A stretch of 62,252 bases of DNA, filler included, from Sphacelaria rigidula (GCA_964200075.2; 6 parts of 6 records of this genome joined end to end with filler, not necessarily neighbours in it), one strand, 5' to 3'. Positions 49,150 to 61,441 are shown, counted from the first letter of the whole stretch. Made by a program: numbers and translations. Notes: a model not told the origin generated them from the letters alone.

Positions 49150-51750
49150 ACCAAGCATATTTCACCTTCCAAGACCTGAGTAAAGATGATGTCCCCGAGC
49201 AAGTGCCCATGGTTAACGACGAGTGTCATATGCAAGATCCCTTGCTATTGATATTGCATCTGCCAGGGTGAAAAAACGATGCTCTCGGACAAGTGCTGGT
49301 GAAGGAGGAAGAGTATCATGCGTAACCACTGGATTATACCGGTTCATCTGCCAGGGTCGAACCTTAAACGACCTCCTTCATTGAACATGCTCACGCTCTG
49401 TCATGAACAAGATTGATGTAGAATATATTGAGGCACAAGTAGCATCAGCCGTGTTGACGTTGCGGAACATTATCATGGCCAAGCAGAGGAATAGTGTCTG
49501 ATGACATAGGTTATGAGAGCACAATATACTTCATGCGCAGACAAACGAGCGAGGAATCGCCCACGTTGTTCAGTTCGTCAGGTCAGATTTTGAGTGCCAT
49601 CTGCCTGCCTTGCTCTGGGGTTTGCATCAGTGTATGTGGTAAGTCCGTGTGTGTGGTATTCAGTGGAAGAGATTGAGCGTGTGTTATTGTGTGACTGAAT
49701 GAGGTTGATTGAAATCTGAGAGAGCAAAACAGGGCGAAGAGAAATAATCAAAATGTTTTTTAGGCCACTATCATCCACCCGAACCAAGGTGCTGGCTGCT
49801 GTTCACGCACTAGAGTTGTGTGGACGCTTACCCCCGTATCAGAGCGGTTTATTACGCTAGCGGGAAAGATTTACCGCCGTTGCAGAAGGGTTCGTAATTG
49901 GAGAGAGTTTGAGCAAGAGGAAAGTTTGAGTCGAAGATTTTTCAAGAGAGCGGTGTGAAGGTTTTCAGGTTTGAGTAAGGGTTGAGCAAGGTTGACAATT
50001 GAACTAGATTTGAATATGGAAGAGTATCAGCACCCCACGACCATGAAAGAGCAAGTGAGACTTCCAACTGAACAGATAAATCAGAATGCAACAGACAATG
50101 AACACTAAACCGGTAATGCCTGCCAATACAGCACAGCAAGCACCGTTCCACAACCCCAATTCCCTCCGTGTTCGCAGCAACAAAAGCATTCCACCTTGGG
50201 ATGAAAAAGCTGCAACATCCACTAATGCCGGGGACAGGTTCGGTGTGTTTTACATCCAGATGTGTGCTTGTCTCAAGGATGAATATTGCGATGACGCTTT
50301 GTCAGTTGACAACCCCATCAGATCACATCGTGAAAATGATGAGGATTTGCGAGCACATTTCGGAAACGTAGCTGTCGACAAAGCCAAAACGGTCATGAAG
50401 GTAATTCTGGATAAGGTAACCTATCTCCCCTTGGTAAGGCACATCGATATGCTTGCGAACTCAAGCCAAGCATGGGATTACATCGTCAAGTTCTACAGGA
50501 TTCCAGCGGCCACGGAAAAAGCCAAGTTGGAGTACGAATGGCGAACGTCATAGATGGCTGACGGTGAGTTACCGATGAACTTTCTCTCGCGGGCACAGTT
50601 TATTCGCACGAAGCGCGAAGAATTCAATGTAGTTCTCTCGGACTCTGAGGCGAACAGGCATATTGTTCGATGCCTCCCATCAGAATACGAGCACGGACGT
50701 AGGAATTTATTCGCACAACGTGAGATACACGTAGAAGAGGTCACCCGCCAACCAGAAAATGCGTATGCTGAAGCACAATTGTCGAAAGAGAGGCAAACGA
50801 CAACCTTGAACCATGCACTTTCCGCCTCTAGTACTAATGGTGGAAGGGATCATGGCTGACCAGGCAGAAGGCAGAACGGGGGGAGCCGAAGATCACACAA
50901 TTCCCGAAATCAATACAACTACCACAACATCCCTCCAAACTGCACCAATTCCCCACAACAATCAGGTTTCCATTCCAATCATGGCCCACATCAACACTTC
51001 AGCGGTGGTCATGGTGGTCGAGGGGGGTGGTATTCCCCGAGGCAACAGCCATGGCGACCGCACAGTTCATGGAACCGGTCGGGACCTGGCCGTGGTATGG
51101 TACACCAACCAAATCAACGAACCTACCAAATTCGCTGCCCATGCAACTGTTCTAACTGCCCTCGTCGCGAGCACCACGCCCAGCTGCACCACACCCACCA
51201 ACCAACATACACAGGCCCAGATCACCACCGTTCCTCAGGTACTCAGGGCTGAACACTCGAACAACAACAGCCCAACCACACAACCAACCATACATCACCG
51301 CAATCCCATAACCCGCATCCACAACATCAACAATCCACAAACATCCACCACAAGCCAACACCGTTCAACAGACTGATCCCGCCCACCAGCACCATGAGAG
51401 CGTTGATAACTTTGTCTATGAGGACGATGCCTTCAACGATGCCGGGTTTGCCCACAGAGTACAGCACCACACCTCCCAACATCAACTGCAGCCGCAACCT
51501 ACCACCATCACCAAACATCTTCCCTGCTACCCATCACAACCTCCACCGCCAGACCAATCCCACCATGATCCTTCCTCCGCTGCACAACCATCATACTCGT
51601 CACTCTACTACGAGCCATCCGACCATTATTCCCGTCCGTTGAACCCCCACCAAACGTCAACTTTCGAGCTGCCGCGTGCCGATAACCCTAGTGGTGGTGT
51701 GTACATGGCGCTTTCTGCCGCACCAGAAAAATCTGTTCTCAGTTTTCAGT
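49150..51750 (+). mobile_element. Second Copia-like element: remainder of 5' LTR, PBS and decayed gag
   Basis: PBS-like GTATCAGAGCGGTTT at 49836-49850 (initiator Met tRNA type). UBN2/gag-like AWDYIVKFY...EKAKLEYEW...MNFLSRA...HIVRCLPSEYE at 50086-50859. Confidence 0.7.
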
Positions 51751-51862
51751 TTGGGTAATTTCGATGTGAAGGGTAAAATGTTGCATCAAACAGCCGATTC
51801 TCGAAAATGGGGTTGAAAAAAAAAATGAGGTTCAAGTCAAAAGCCGTGCTTTCCCTGACCTA

Positions 51863-51962
51863 NNNNNNNNNNNNNNNNNNNNNNNNNNNNNNNNNNNNNN
51901 NNNNNNTTAATTAATTAANNNNNNNNNNNNNNNNNNNNNNNNNNNNNNNNNNNNNNNNNNNN
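51863..51962. other. Artificial contig linker
   Basis: N44-TTAATTAATTAA-N44. Confidence 0.99.
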
Positions 51963-52044
51963 CCCCCCCTGCTCCGTCTCGAAAGGGATGCGCGGTCAAT
52001 GGTCAAACGACTGAAGCAAGCAACAAATGAGTACGCCCCCCCCC
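51963..52044 (+). mobile_element. Family A LINE 3' end flanked by C runs on both sides
   Basis: CCCCCCC-TGCTCCGTCTCGAAAGGGATGCG...ATGAGTACG-CCCCCCCCC. Confidence 0.8.
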
Positions 52045-52175
52045 GTTTGTGTTTGAATATTTGTTTGTTTTGGATCATTGTCTTTTGGAGTGTGTGTATG
52101 GCCTCCGGGCACGACACGATCCATGAAAAGGAACGAAGCATGTGTAATTTTTCTTGGTCTGGATCATTGTTCAAT

Positions 52176-52208
<33 letters not shown>

Positions 52209-52522
52209 CGTGACCTCTCTCAACAAAAGAAAAATTCCTGAGTAAAAATAAATTATGTTCGCTCGACAACTCAAGAATCATTTGCGGTTTTTCTAAGGTT
52301 CATTTCATATTCAGTCACCCACACCACTATTTCCAATTAGTGCTGAATCTGCCTCCCCCTGTTCATGGTGGAGTCTGTTTTGCCTCCAATTTCGTGGGGG
52401 GTGCGGTACCTGAACCCTGTTCGAGAGACTGACAGAACGACAAAGATGAAGACGCGTGAAGATGCAAACGGATACCCGATGCCATCGTGGTGCTTTTGTT
52501 TTACACCCTCTTTACGTTCGTT

Positions 52523-52611
<89 letters not shown>

Positions 52612-52620
52612 ATTATTATT
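52523..52620. repeat. (GTT)n microsatellite (about 29 units) grading into (TAT)n
   Basis: Read directly from the sequence. Confidence 0.98.
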
Positions 52621-52723
52621 CGTTGCTGTCGTTCGCTCAGAGACGGCACAAGAATCGTTAACGCCCGACTATACCACAACTACTACGTAGAGCCCTCCTC
52701 CCCCTCCCCCCCACCCCCCACCC

Positions 52724-52817
52724 CCTGACGAAAACCCGGTGTGCGCCGTCCCGGCTTCAGGGATGCGATGTCAATGTTCATATGACTATGGCATGCAAGA
52801 TCATGAGTACACCCCCC
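52724..52817 (+). mobile_element. Family B short copy
   Basis: CCTGACGAAAACCCGGTGTGCGCCGTCCC...GCAAGATCATGAGTACACCCCCC, preceded by a 30-bp C-rich tract. Confidence 0.8.
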
Positions 52818-52880
52818 GTCCCTGTTCCTGTTCCCTTCCCCGTCAACTGTTTCATTATTTTCGATCCTAATCCTGAGCAG

Positions 52881-53057
52881 TCCGGTGACCTGAAAGATAT
52901 AGGATACGAGCTGTACATGAGCATGCTGGAGACGGCCATCATCGAACTTCGTGGAACAGATATCCAACCCGTGCCGAGATGTGACGTGGACATGGGACTC
53001 GGCAAGGAACTGGAGGGATCGGTACCGGACGATTACATGACCGGCGAACCGGAAAAG
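52881..53057 (+). CDS. mfd: Mfd-like exon (SGDLKDIGYELY...GEPEK)
   Basis: gagcag acceptor, 177 nt, probable GC donor AAG|GCATGT. Confidence 0.8.
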
Positions 53058-56000
53058 GCATGTGCTAACGTCTAGGGTATTGTGGGCCGGGAGATTGCAT
53101 CGCGTCTTTTTTTCGGGGGTGGGTTGGGGGGGGGGGGGGGAAGGGGGGTTTTTTTTTTTCGCGGTTGTACTGGGGGTGTCTTAAAGGGGGGGGCGGGGAC
53201 CAACCGCTCAATAAATGAGCTGGAATCTGTCAGAATCCACGAGTCAAAATTGTCTGCCATGTTTGTCGATGATGATGTGTTGATGGTGTTGCTGTTGCTG
53301 TTGCTGATACCGTTTTTTGTTTTTGTTTCTTACGGTATATTGGTATGGTTGGTTTACGTCGTTTCGGAGAAAGCGAGTGCTCCTGCGTCCTGTGAGGGGT
53401 CCATATTTTATGATGAAAGGAAGCTGACGGGGCGATCTTTGTCTCTTTCTGTTTGTCTCTTTCTGTTTCTCTCTCTCTGTGTCTCTTGGTGTCTCTCGAG
53501 TGGGTGTGCGTGCGTGCGTGTGATCCCGGAGAGCAGAAAGCCGTTTTGCGAGTTCTGCGCGATGGTGTTATTGCCGTCGAACTCCTTTGACATACAAAGC
53601 TGTTTGTCTACCCAAGCCACCGTGTTCTGTATACGTTGTGTACGTATTTTTTTCTTCACTTGACTGCTGCTCACCACGTCATGTAGTGAGACGACCGACC
53701 CTGCCCTGGAAAGTGAGAACTATCACATCGCGGGTCACGGAAGGTGAGCCGCGGGGACGAGGCTGTGTGTTCGTTATAGTATATGTCATACTCCTGTGTG
53801 TGTGGAGCTCGATGAGGCCTCGGGTGAAGAATATATAGAGAGGAGCGGAGTAGGCTGACGGTGGTGGGTCGGGGGGGTGGGGAGTACCCTGGCCCATCCT
53901 TGGAGTATGACGAACTCCAGTGACGGGAACGGATGATGACCCGAGGTGACGGTACATCCTGTCCGCAAGGAACGTTCTAGGAAACCCTCAGGGGCACGAT
54001 ACTTGCTGCATGTAGGCGTTCTAGGACCGGGGTCCAACCCGGTACATATCATATTGTAACATTTCACGCTTTCACTGTGACTGCTCTTTTGCTTCTCGAC
54101 ACGAATCAAAATGTTGTGGGTGCCCCGTGTATATTCCCCGTGCCCAAGGCCATACCGAAATACCCGTACTCCACGTTTGTACGCCTTCACGATGATGTGT
54201 ACGTCACGCGCCGGAAATCTCGCTTACTAGTATAATTTAAGGAACCAGAAGGTGTAATGAGTCACCGTCGTGTCTAGGTGGCGCTTAGAGAAAATGCTGA
54301 TTTCTCAGAGTGCTCCCCCCATCGAGCCTACGACAGCTCGGACGAACTGCAGCGTAATCGGTGCGGCCATCCAACCACCTTTCTGCCCTGCGTATATCTG
54401 ATTTGTAAATGTCGTGCGAATTTTTGGGCCCCGATTTTAGCTTAGCGTCTATCTATAATCAAATGCAGGGCAGCGCTGGGCAAGGGGAGGCGCGCATTTT
54501 GTTGAGCGCTTGGGCTTGCCCGGCCCGCGCCCAGTTGATCCATGATTTTCCCGCACCAAATGAGTCCGTGATCTGATTTATTATTTGTGCATTACCCATC
54601 CCATGTGAGGGCTGTGTGTTACGAAGATTTTTGATCGAACTGTCCTTGACGAAAAAACATCCAGTCCTTCTCAACAGGATTACTTTCTTTCCTCACCCCC
54701 CCTCTTCCCCATGAAAACATATTTGCATGGCTCAATAGACGCGGCGAAAAATTTGAAACTGCGATTTCGGGCTGGGGGTCTGGACCTGCTAGAAAGAAGG
54801 AAGATACAGTAGACAGTAGTCGAGTGGAGGAGGAAGTAGATGCACGGAATTGCCCCCGCGCAGCAAAGCAATAGAGAGCAGAAGTGATAACGTGGCAGAA
54901 TGTGAACTATACAAGGAGGAACGGGACGTGCTAGAGGAAGAAATGCGGGACGTGAACAAAGGTGGCATTTGATTGTTCGATGCACTAGACTGTAGCGAAA
55001 AAACCATGGCTATACTAGGAGATAGATGGTGGCCACAGACGGCGATACAGGACGGGGATGAGATATGTTGTGCAATGTATCGAAGAAAGATACTGAGAAC
55101 CTAAATGTTGTAGGTATCTCTATTAGGAGCAGGACCGGTGCTCCGTCTCGAAAGGGACGCATGATCAATGGTCAAACGACTAGGGCAAGTAACATATGAG
55201 TACAACCCCCTCCCTCCCTCCCTCCCTCCCTCTTCCCCCTTTCAGCGGGCGCGTCAGATAGACAGACTGCGGGTGGCGAACTCGTTCACAGAGCTGGTCA
55301 GGATTGCCAAGGAGTGGGTAGCCGACTACGGTCCGATGCCCCTGCCGGTGCGGCGTCTCTTCAAGCGCACACACCTGCACACCGCCTGTCGCCTCTTGGG
55401 CGTGTCGGAGGTCCGCCTCGAATATCTGCCCTCTGCGGACCGTGGCACTATGCTGATGGACGCGGGTCACGGCGAAGCTGCGGCACCTTCGCCGACTGCG
55501 ACAGGAAAAGAACCGGGCGCTCCGAACGGCGCAGGCGGGGTCGGTGCTGGTGCGGGTTTCAAGAGAGTGAATGGGCACGGCGGGTCTTCGGGAAATTCTG
55601 ATGGTGGAGGTAGTGCAAGTGGTGGTAGTAGTTCGTTGGAGCTCGGGGTTGAGAGCGTTCAGGTGGGGGGGGCTTTGACGTTCAAGCCGGCCACGGTTGC
55701 CGAGGCGCAGGCAGCGCTGAAGGCTGCGGCTGCTGCCCGTGCGGAGGGGGAGGCGAAAAAGTTGGTACCGGTCGCGATGTTGAGAGGGCCCGACGTGACC
55801 AAAGATCGATGGGAGGTAGGTCAGGCATTTGTTTTTGTTTTTCACGTCATGTCTTGATTTGTTTTTTTGTTCACAAATAGTTTCTGTTTTCTTGTTCCGT
55901 TGTTCTTTTCTTGGTTAGCCTAGACACACACACACAATGAGGGAATTATGATGAAAAAAAGTACACGCAGACAACTACCTCGTATGGTCGTCATCGTACA

Positions 56001-57940
56001 ACAAGAGGGCATTATTTTTTTGCTGTCTGGGGTACTACGCATGTACCCGATTTCGCTCTTCCTTATCCTCCCCTTTTCTTTACTTTTTACTGGTTTTGAT
56101 AACGTACCATCAGAGGAGATACATGAACAATTCATGAGGCCATCGTCCCGGAAAACGAAGCGAAATGATCGTATCTTATATTCTCGACCGCAAAAATAAA
56201 GGATTTGCCGGGGGGCCGCCCCCCGCCACTCTTCTCCACCCGTGCCCCATCACACCTATTCAAGGATGAGGGGCGGGAGTATTGTAATGAATATGGCGGG
56301 CTTCAATTGACGGTCTCGTGCGAGAAGGGTTTGTCAAGTCATAATATGGTTGGAGTTCCTGCGAGAATACGACTTGGATAAGTGAAGAAAAATCATGACG
56401 TCGTGTTCTGAGCTTCTAAGCTATCTCCTCATGTCTGCGTGTGGGATACAAGAATATGGGTGGCAGCGTCTCTCTCGAGATCTGCGATCGGTTTGCTGAG
56501 AGTCACAGGGTGGACAGTTTTATAGAGGAGCGAGGACGAGGCGTCTCCTCTTCCGTCCCCCGATGTTTGTGAAACTTTTGGCGGGCAGGAACAACTAACG
56601 CATGCTGATCTCTACTACAACCGCGAAGCTCGCGCTAAACAGCTATGTAGATGAAGGTGTTGATATAGATGTATTATGGCTGTCGGGGGTGGGATTGAGA
56701 GTGTGCAGCTATTACGCTTTGAGGTGGCTGCATGTCGCTCTCGAAACTTCGGCTGCCGTGCCGTCAACGGATCATCGTCCAGGATTCGGAATACCTATTT
56801 ACCCACGGACCAGGTTTGTGTGAGATACGTTGTGATGTATTGCCCTCACAGGGCAGTGAGAGGGTTTTGGTTCAGAGTTCCGAGGGAAGATCGCAGTTAT
56901 CGCGAGAAAAACTCGATCGCAGGACGTCGAGATGGCGCATGAGGTTGCGCCTACAAGTCTAAGATCGCGACCGCTGCGACAAAACAGCACCTTGGCGTGT
57001 TCGTGAGAAGATATACCACGGTAAAAAGTTGAGATTCGCATGAGAAAAATGCACCTAAACAACCGCGGCAGCTGCAGCAATACTTCACCCCGTCCACAAG
57101 CGAGTATTTCAGTTGAGGTTCGAGCGTTTTTTTTTTTTTGTGAAAAACTTGACACCTTTCACGACGGGCACGCTGCTTCTGTAAGTCTGACGGTACGTTG
57201 ACACAAGGGTAACTGGTTCCGGTCATGATGGAACATCAGTAAGTTGGTGGGGTCGGGGAACATGTGAGTTGTGGCACAGGGGTATGGTGAAAACGTCAAA
57301 AAATACCATCATCCAGGCCGCGTGGATGTTCGACAAAAACTTCATTTTTTCTCGCCAAATAATGATGAAGAAGTTTTCATGTCCCACAAGAGGTGTGGTC
57401 TTGGGAGCATGGCGCCTCACACACGATCACATCATGGACTAGATTTTTTATATTTGTTTCTGGGCAAAGAGTCTGTCTTGGTATCTGACTGCGTACGGCT
57501 GTTGACCTTTTACCAATTCTCGTGGGAGAAAGCGAGAACCTTTCTTTATGGTGGTGGGAGTGTGGAGTCAAAAGACAAAAACCTCGAAGAACACGCCCCG
57601 GCAAGCGTGCTTGATAGCTTTTGGTTACGGTATGACCCCGTCCCCTGTCCGCCCGCCCACCCAACATGCTCGGTGTCTCGCGCGCAACCCGTCAATCCAG
57701 ATCTTGTTCCGACAGGCGCCGCTGCGGCATGACATGCTGCAGTACGTGTCTTTCCGCGAAGATGCTGAGGGCGTGGCGTTACAGGCGGCTGAAGGGGGCG
57801 AGGAAATGTGGATGTTGGGCGATAGGGAGCAGTGGCTGGACCACTTACTGGCGCTGCTTTTGCCCATGGTTGAGTACGTGGAAGTCAAGCAGAGCTTACA
57901 CCACAAGGATAACCCGCTGCCTCGAAAGTTCATGTGCTAG
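52881..57940 (+). CDS. mfd: Transcription-repair coupling factor (Mfd/TRCF)-like gene, 3' part. Exons: 52881-53057, 55246-55815, 57701-57940
   Basis: (Q)SGDLKDIGYELYMSMLETAIIELRG...VPDDY...K|RARQIDRL..A.S..EL.....W...YGPMPLPV..L......ACRLLGV matches the Mfd QSG..+G++LY..ML..A+..LKG motif and the C-terminal TRCF domain. All junctions are phase 0; stop at 57938-57940. Confidence 0.88.
54711..55240 (+). mobile_element. Family A LINE 3' fragment (C-terminal Zn-knuckle-like region) in the Mfd intron
   Basis: MKTYLHGSIDAAKNLKLRFRAG.LDL.ERRK...CP...ES....VAECELYKEERDVLEEEM...AILGDRWWPQTA...NGQTTRASNI*, frameshifted, with a C-rich tail. Confidence 0.8.
55246..55815 (+). CDS. mfd: Mfd-like exon (TRCF domain with Gly/Ser/Ala-rich insert)
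   Basis: tttcag acceptor, GAG|GTAGGT donor, 570 nt. Confidence 0.85.
57701..57940 (+). CDS. mfd: Mfd-like terminal exon (alternative acceptor at 57716)
   Basis: atccag acceptor, phase 0, coding composition, TAG stop. Confidence 0.7.
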   Translation: MLFRQAPLRHDMLQYVSFREDAEGVALQAAEGGEEMWMLGDREQWLDHLLALLLPMVEYVEVKQSLHHKDNPLPRKFMC

Positions 57941-58909
57941 CGACAGGAAAATCCCAGCGCCAAAAACAGGGCCTAAGAACCGATAGATGGTTGGGGGGGG
58001 GGCTCTGCTATGTTCTGATGACGGGGGTTGGGGTTGTTTCTGAGCTCGAGATGTTCCGGTGTGAATTTGGGAGGGGAGCGGAGGGCGCGGAGGGGGGCAT
58101 CATCGCAGTAGTTGGAGTTCATTTTTCCTCTATGTTTCGTTGCTTCTTTTGTCGGTCGTTTCTCTTTTCCATCAAATCACCGTAGCCTGTTTCCTCTTCT
58201 TGTGCCTTGTTGAATTTTATTTGATGTCTCTGCCTCTCGCTCATTTGGATCGCGATGATTGATGTGTTGTCACAATGGGGGTAGGGCAACGGGGGGTAGG
58301 ACCTCACCCGCGAGAATGTGACTTGGACTATGGGTCATTTTTGTATTCTTGTACCTACCTTTCACCTGCAAAAGGGGATAGGGGTCAAGGGCGTCGGCAG
58401 GAGGAGGGAGTGTTGTAGATGTAACTGTTTTTATGAAGCACAGATGGTCTTGCTTTGAGGTGATGAACATCATCAAGAGGAGAGTGGGTTTACTAATGTA
58501 TTATTTCGCCCTTCGCTAACCAGATGCACAGTAGGTTTTCTCTCGTTCCCCTCCTCCTTTCTTCTGTTTCGACGCCCCCTCCCTCCCGTTTTGGTTCCTG
58601 TTCTCTCACCCGGCCTATCTCTTCACGAAGGGGGTGGTGAAATTGTAGTATTCACCATTTCAATCACCATGTCCATGTCAAGTCTGACCTCCCGTTCAAC
58701 CTTGAGTTCCAGTCGTATGATTTCTCTCGCTCTTCCGGCGCACTGCCTGAAGCGCAATACAGATCGAAACACAAGTGCTAATGCCGTGACGGAGCTTTTT
58801 CATCTCCTCCAATTTTATTGTGTTTCCATCCAATTTCCAATTTCACGAAGTGCAGTCGGTTTCTGCTGCGGGTAAAAATTCGACTGTTTGCGACTCCGAT
58901 TTTGCGTCA

Positions 58910-58950
58910 GGATTCTTGCGATCGGATTCTTGCGATCGGATTCTTGCGAT
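58910..58950 (+). repeat. 3 x 14-bp tandem GGATTCTTGCGATC
   Basis: Read directly from the sequence. Confidence 0.9.
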
Positions 58951-59456
58951 AATTTTTTTGCTAGATTTTTCACTCCAAAACCCCCCATCGATTTCGTTTT
59001 TTTGGGGATAACTTCTTCAGACGGACACCAAACGCATCCTGCTGCAAGTGGGACCTGGGCAAACAGCAGTTGCCGCTGCCCACCTGGTATCATCCTCCAA
59101 ATCGAAGTGTTAGGTAAGAACCCCCAGCGTTTGGTGCCCATTTACAAGGATGATTTACATCGAGTATCATGCTCCAAAACGTACCTGACAGGAGCATTGC
59201 TAGCGGATCCTACGTCCCGACAGTCTGTGACAGTCTGGCAGCCGGCAAGGTGCTTACGGTAGTGTCCTTCTAGTGATATCACCTTACAGTGCACTGGAGC
59301 AGAGCTTGCAGGTGGATATTTCGACGATTGCCACACCTGCAATTCGCCCAGATGTTGCCCCTGCTTGTATATGAAAAATGTACCCAACCGTGGACAAACA
59401 ACTTATACAGACAGTACAAACACGATGTGGAAAGTGTACTGCGCAACGTCCAGTGT

Positions 59457-59533
59457 GCTGTGTGTTTTGCCGTCCCATAAATTCTGGACGCCGGTCTCCG
59501 CCTTTCGGTATATGTGGGCGCACCAACCGCGGC
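59457..59533 (-). mobile_element. 3' end fragment of the tRNA-derived SINE
   Basis: CGTCCCAT...CTGGACGCCGGTCT...TTTCGGTATAT.TGGGCGCACCA matches 16285-16345. Confidence 0.7.
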
Positions 59534-60994
59534 TGTGTTTTCATACAGCTTCGCCCAAGATACAGGCAGCCATTACAGCGGTGGAGGCGGCCTTTCACTC
59601 CTGTGTGCGCCACCTGAGGCAAACACACGCTGTAGCTGCAACATGAACAGCTGTACAAAATGTGACACAACGCGTGGCGAGGAGGTTTATATCCTGCGTA
59701 CACCTTGGCTGCGATACAACGGCTGCACTCACGATGTGGCGAACTGCATAGGGCAACGCGAAATCAATGCAGGACAGGGATAGACTAAAGATGCGCGACG
59801 TTCTGCGGTGTGCTTTGTCACCCTGAACCCTGCCGCTGTGCAGTGAGCGGGTAGTACCGTCGCAGGCGTCACGCCGCGGTTGGTACACAGGATCGGTTCC
59901 ACACCCAAACGGTGACCTCTGCATTGAAATTCAATAAAACGCTCTAAATTAAATCACACGGGCGGAGCGCGTTATTTTCGAGCAGCACGCGCGCTAGCAT
60001 TTCCGTGTTGCCAACACTGTGCCAGCGCGCTTGTGCACTACAGCGTTGTACTCTCCTGCGACAGCCCGTCACGGTATTGCTCCTTACGTTTCATGACGCT
60101 TTATTCGAAAGCACGCAGAAGAAATGCCAGCGAGTCCATCGTTGTTGCACTTGGAGGTGCGGTGTACCAGTTAGTTTTTCGATCTAGTACTGCCGCATGC
60201 TGCGTGCTGTACGAACTAGTATAATACCGTACCAGTTCAAAAGCGGATATGCATGAAATAAACGCCACCGACATGCTCTGGTTATTGTGAACTGTACTGT
60301 GTACGAGGCGCGGGGACCGTAGTTTTTGACAAGGAATGCAAGGAGACAACCATACTGCAGTACAGGTAGTTTTTCATGAAGCACGTGATTCAAACGAGGC
60401 ACAAAACAAAGCATTAACATGATGATACCTGGGCGTTTTGGTACTAAAACGAGTCCACCCGTCCCTCCACTACCTACCCTAAGGAGATAATACCACGTTT
60501 AAATAAGAAATATGTTACGGGCAGACCTTTATTTTAGAGTCGAGGGCCAAACCGAGACCACTCCGGGTTCACCGCCGAAATCCGAGACGGCAACGTCACA
60601 AACACCGAAATAGATTGAAATTGGAAGCGCCCTGGACACAGGGCAATCTATATATTAGAGCCCCCCGAAAGGTTGAAGAACCGATTCTAGAGGTTGTGGA
60701 CTCAATCAACTGCTGAATCTGTCAGATCGATCCTGGCAAACATTTATCATATGGATGGAAGCGATCCAAGTATTTGCGGTATGAAGTTTCTCCGGAGTAT
60801 ATATGTGCCGCATGTATTTGTCATACATAACATCAGAGAGTTTCCTTGAAAATGTGGTTCAAAGTTGCGGTGAGTCTGAAGCTGCTTTTGGAGTTCCGCC
60901 ATTTTCGTGTAAATAGTTCGAAGAATGAATGCACTTTCGGCTAGCTAATTTTTCTTGACACAATGTCTGGGATTAAAATTGAATATTTTTTTGC

Positions 60995-61332
60995 AGTCTC
61001 AAACCGGGTGCGAAACTAAGAGAAGGCGCTTTCGCCGGCTTTCCACGGGCGTGAAGAAATACGATGCTACACCGTTTTACGCCCCCAGGAATAGTCGTGG
61101 AGCACCCAGTTTATTTCCATGAATCAAACCCCCTGCTTACGCCCTCATTAGGCGTTTCAGCAACGAAATTTCGGTTCATAAGCACGAAATGTGCGCTTTC
61201 GATCTCTGAAATACCACTGCCTTTATGCCATTCCCGGATATGTTTAAAAAACCTGTAGCATCGAATTTCTTCACGCCGTTGGGAAGTCGAGGAAGGCGCC
61301 TCATGTTAGCTTTTCGCACCCGTTTCGAGGCT
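60995..61332. mobile_element. MITE related to 23294-23892
   Basis: AGTCTCAAACCGGGTGCGAAA...AAGGCGC / GGAAGTCGAGGAAGGCGCC...TTTCGCACCCGTTTCGAGGCT inverted ends. Confidence 0.65.
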
Positions 61333-61441
61333 TGAAAAACGAAAGTGTGGGTAACTCCACCGATTGCTTCAACACAAATACAATCGCCAAAAGTGCTTTT
61401 GTCGTTGGAACTATTTACACGAAAATGGTTAAATTCTAGAA

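Noticed and set aside
49507-49520. TAGGTTATGAGAGC as the Copia PBS
   Set aside because: GTATCAGAGCGGTTT at 49836 is a better tRNA match and closer to gag.
52365-52728. Poly-Cys, poly-Val and poly-Leu ORFs
   Set aside because: Translations of the (GTT)n microsatellite.
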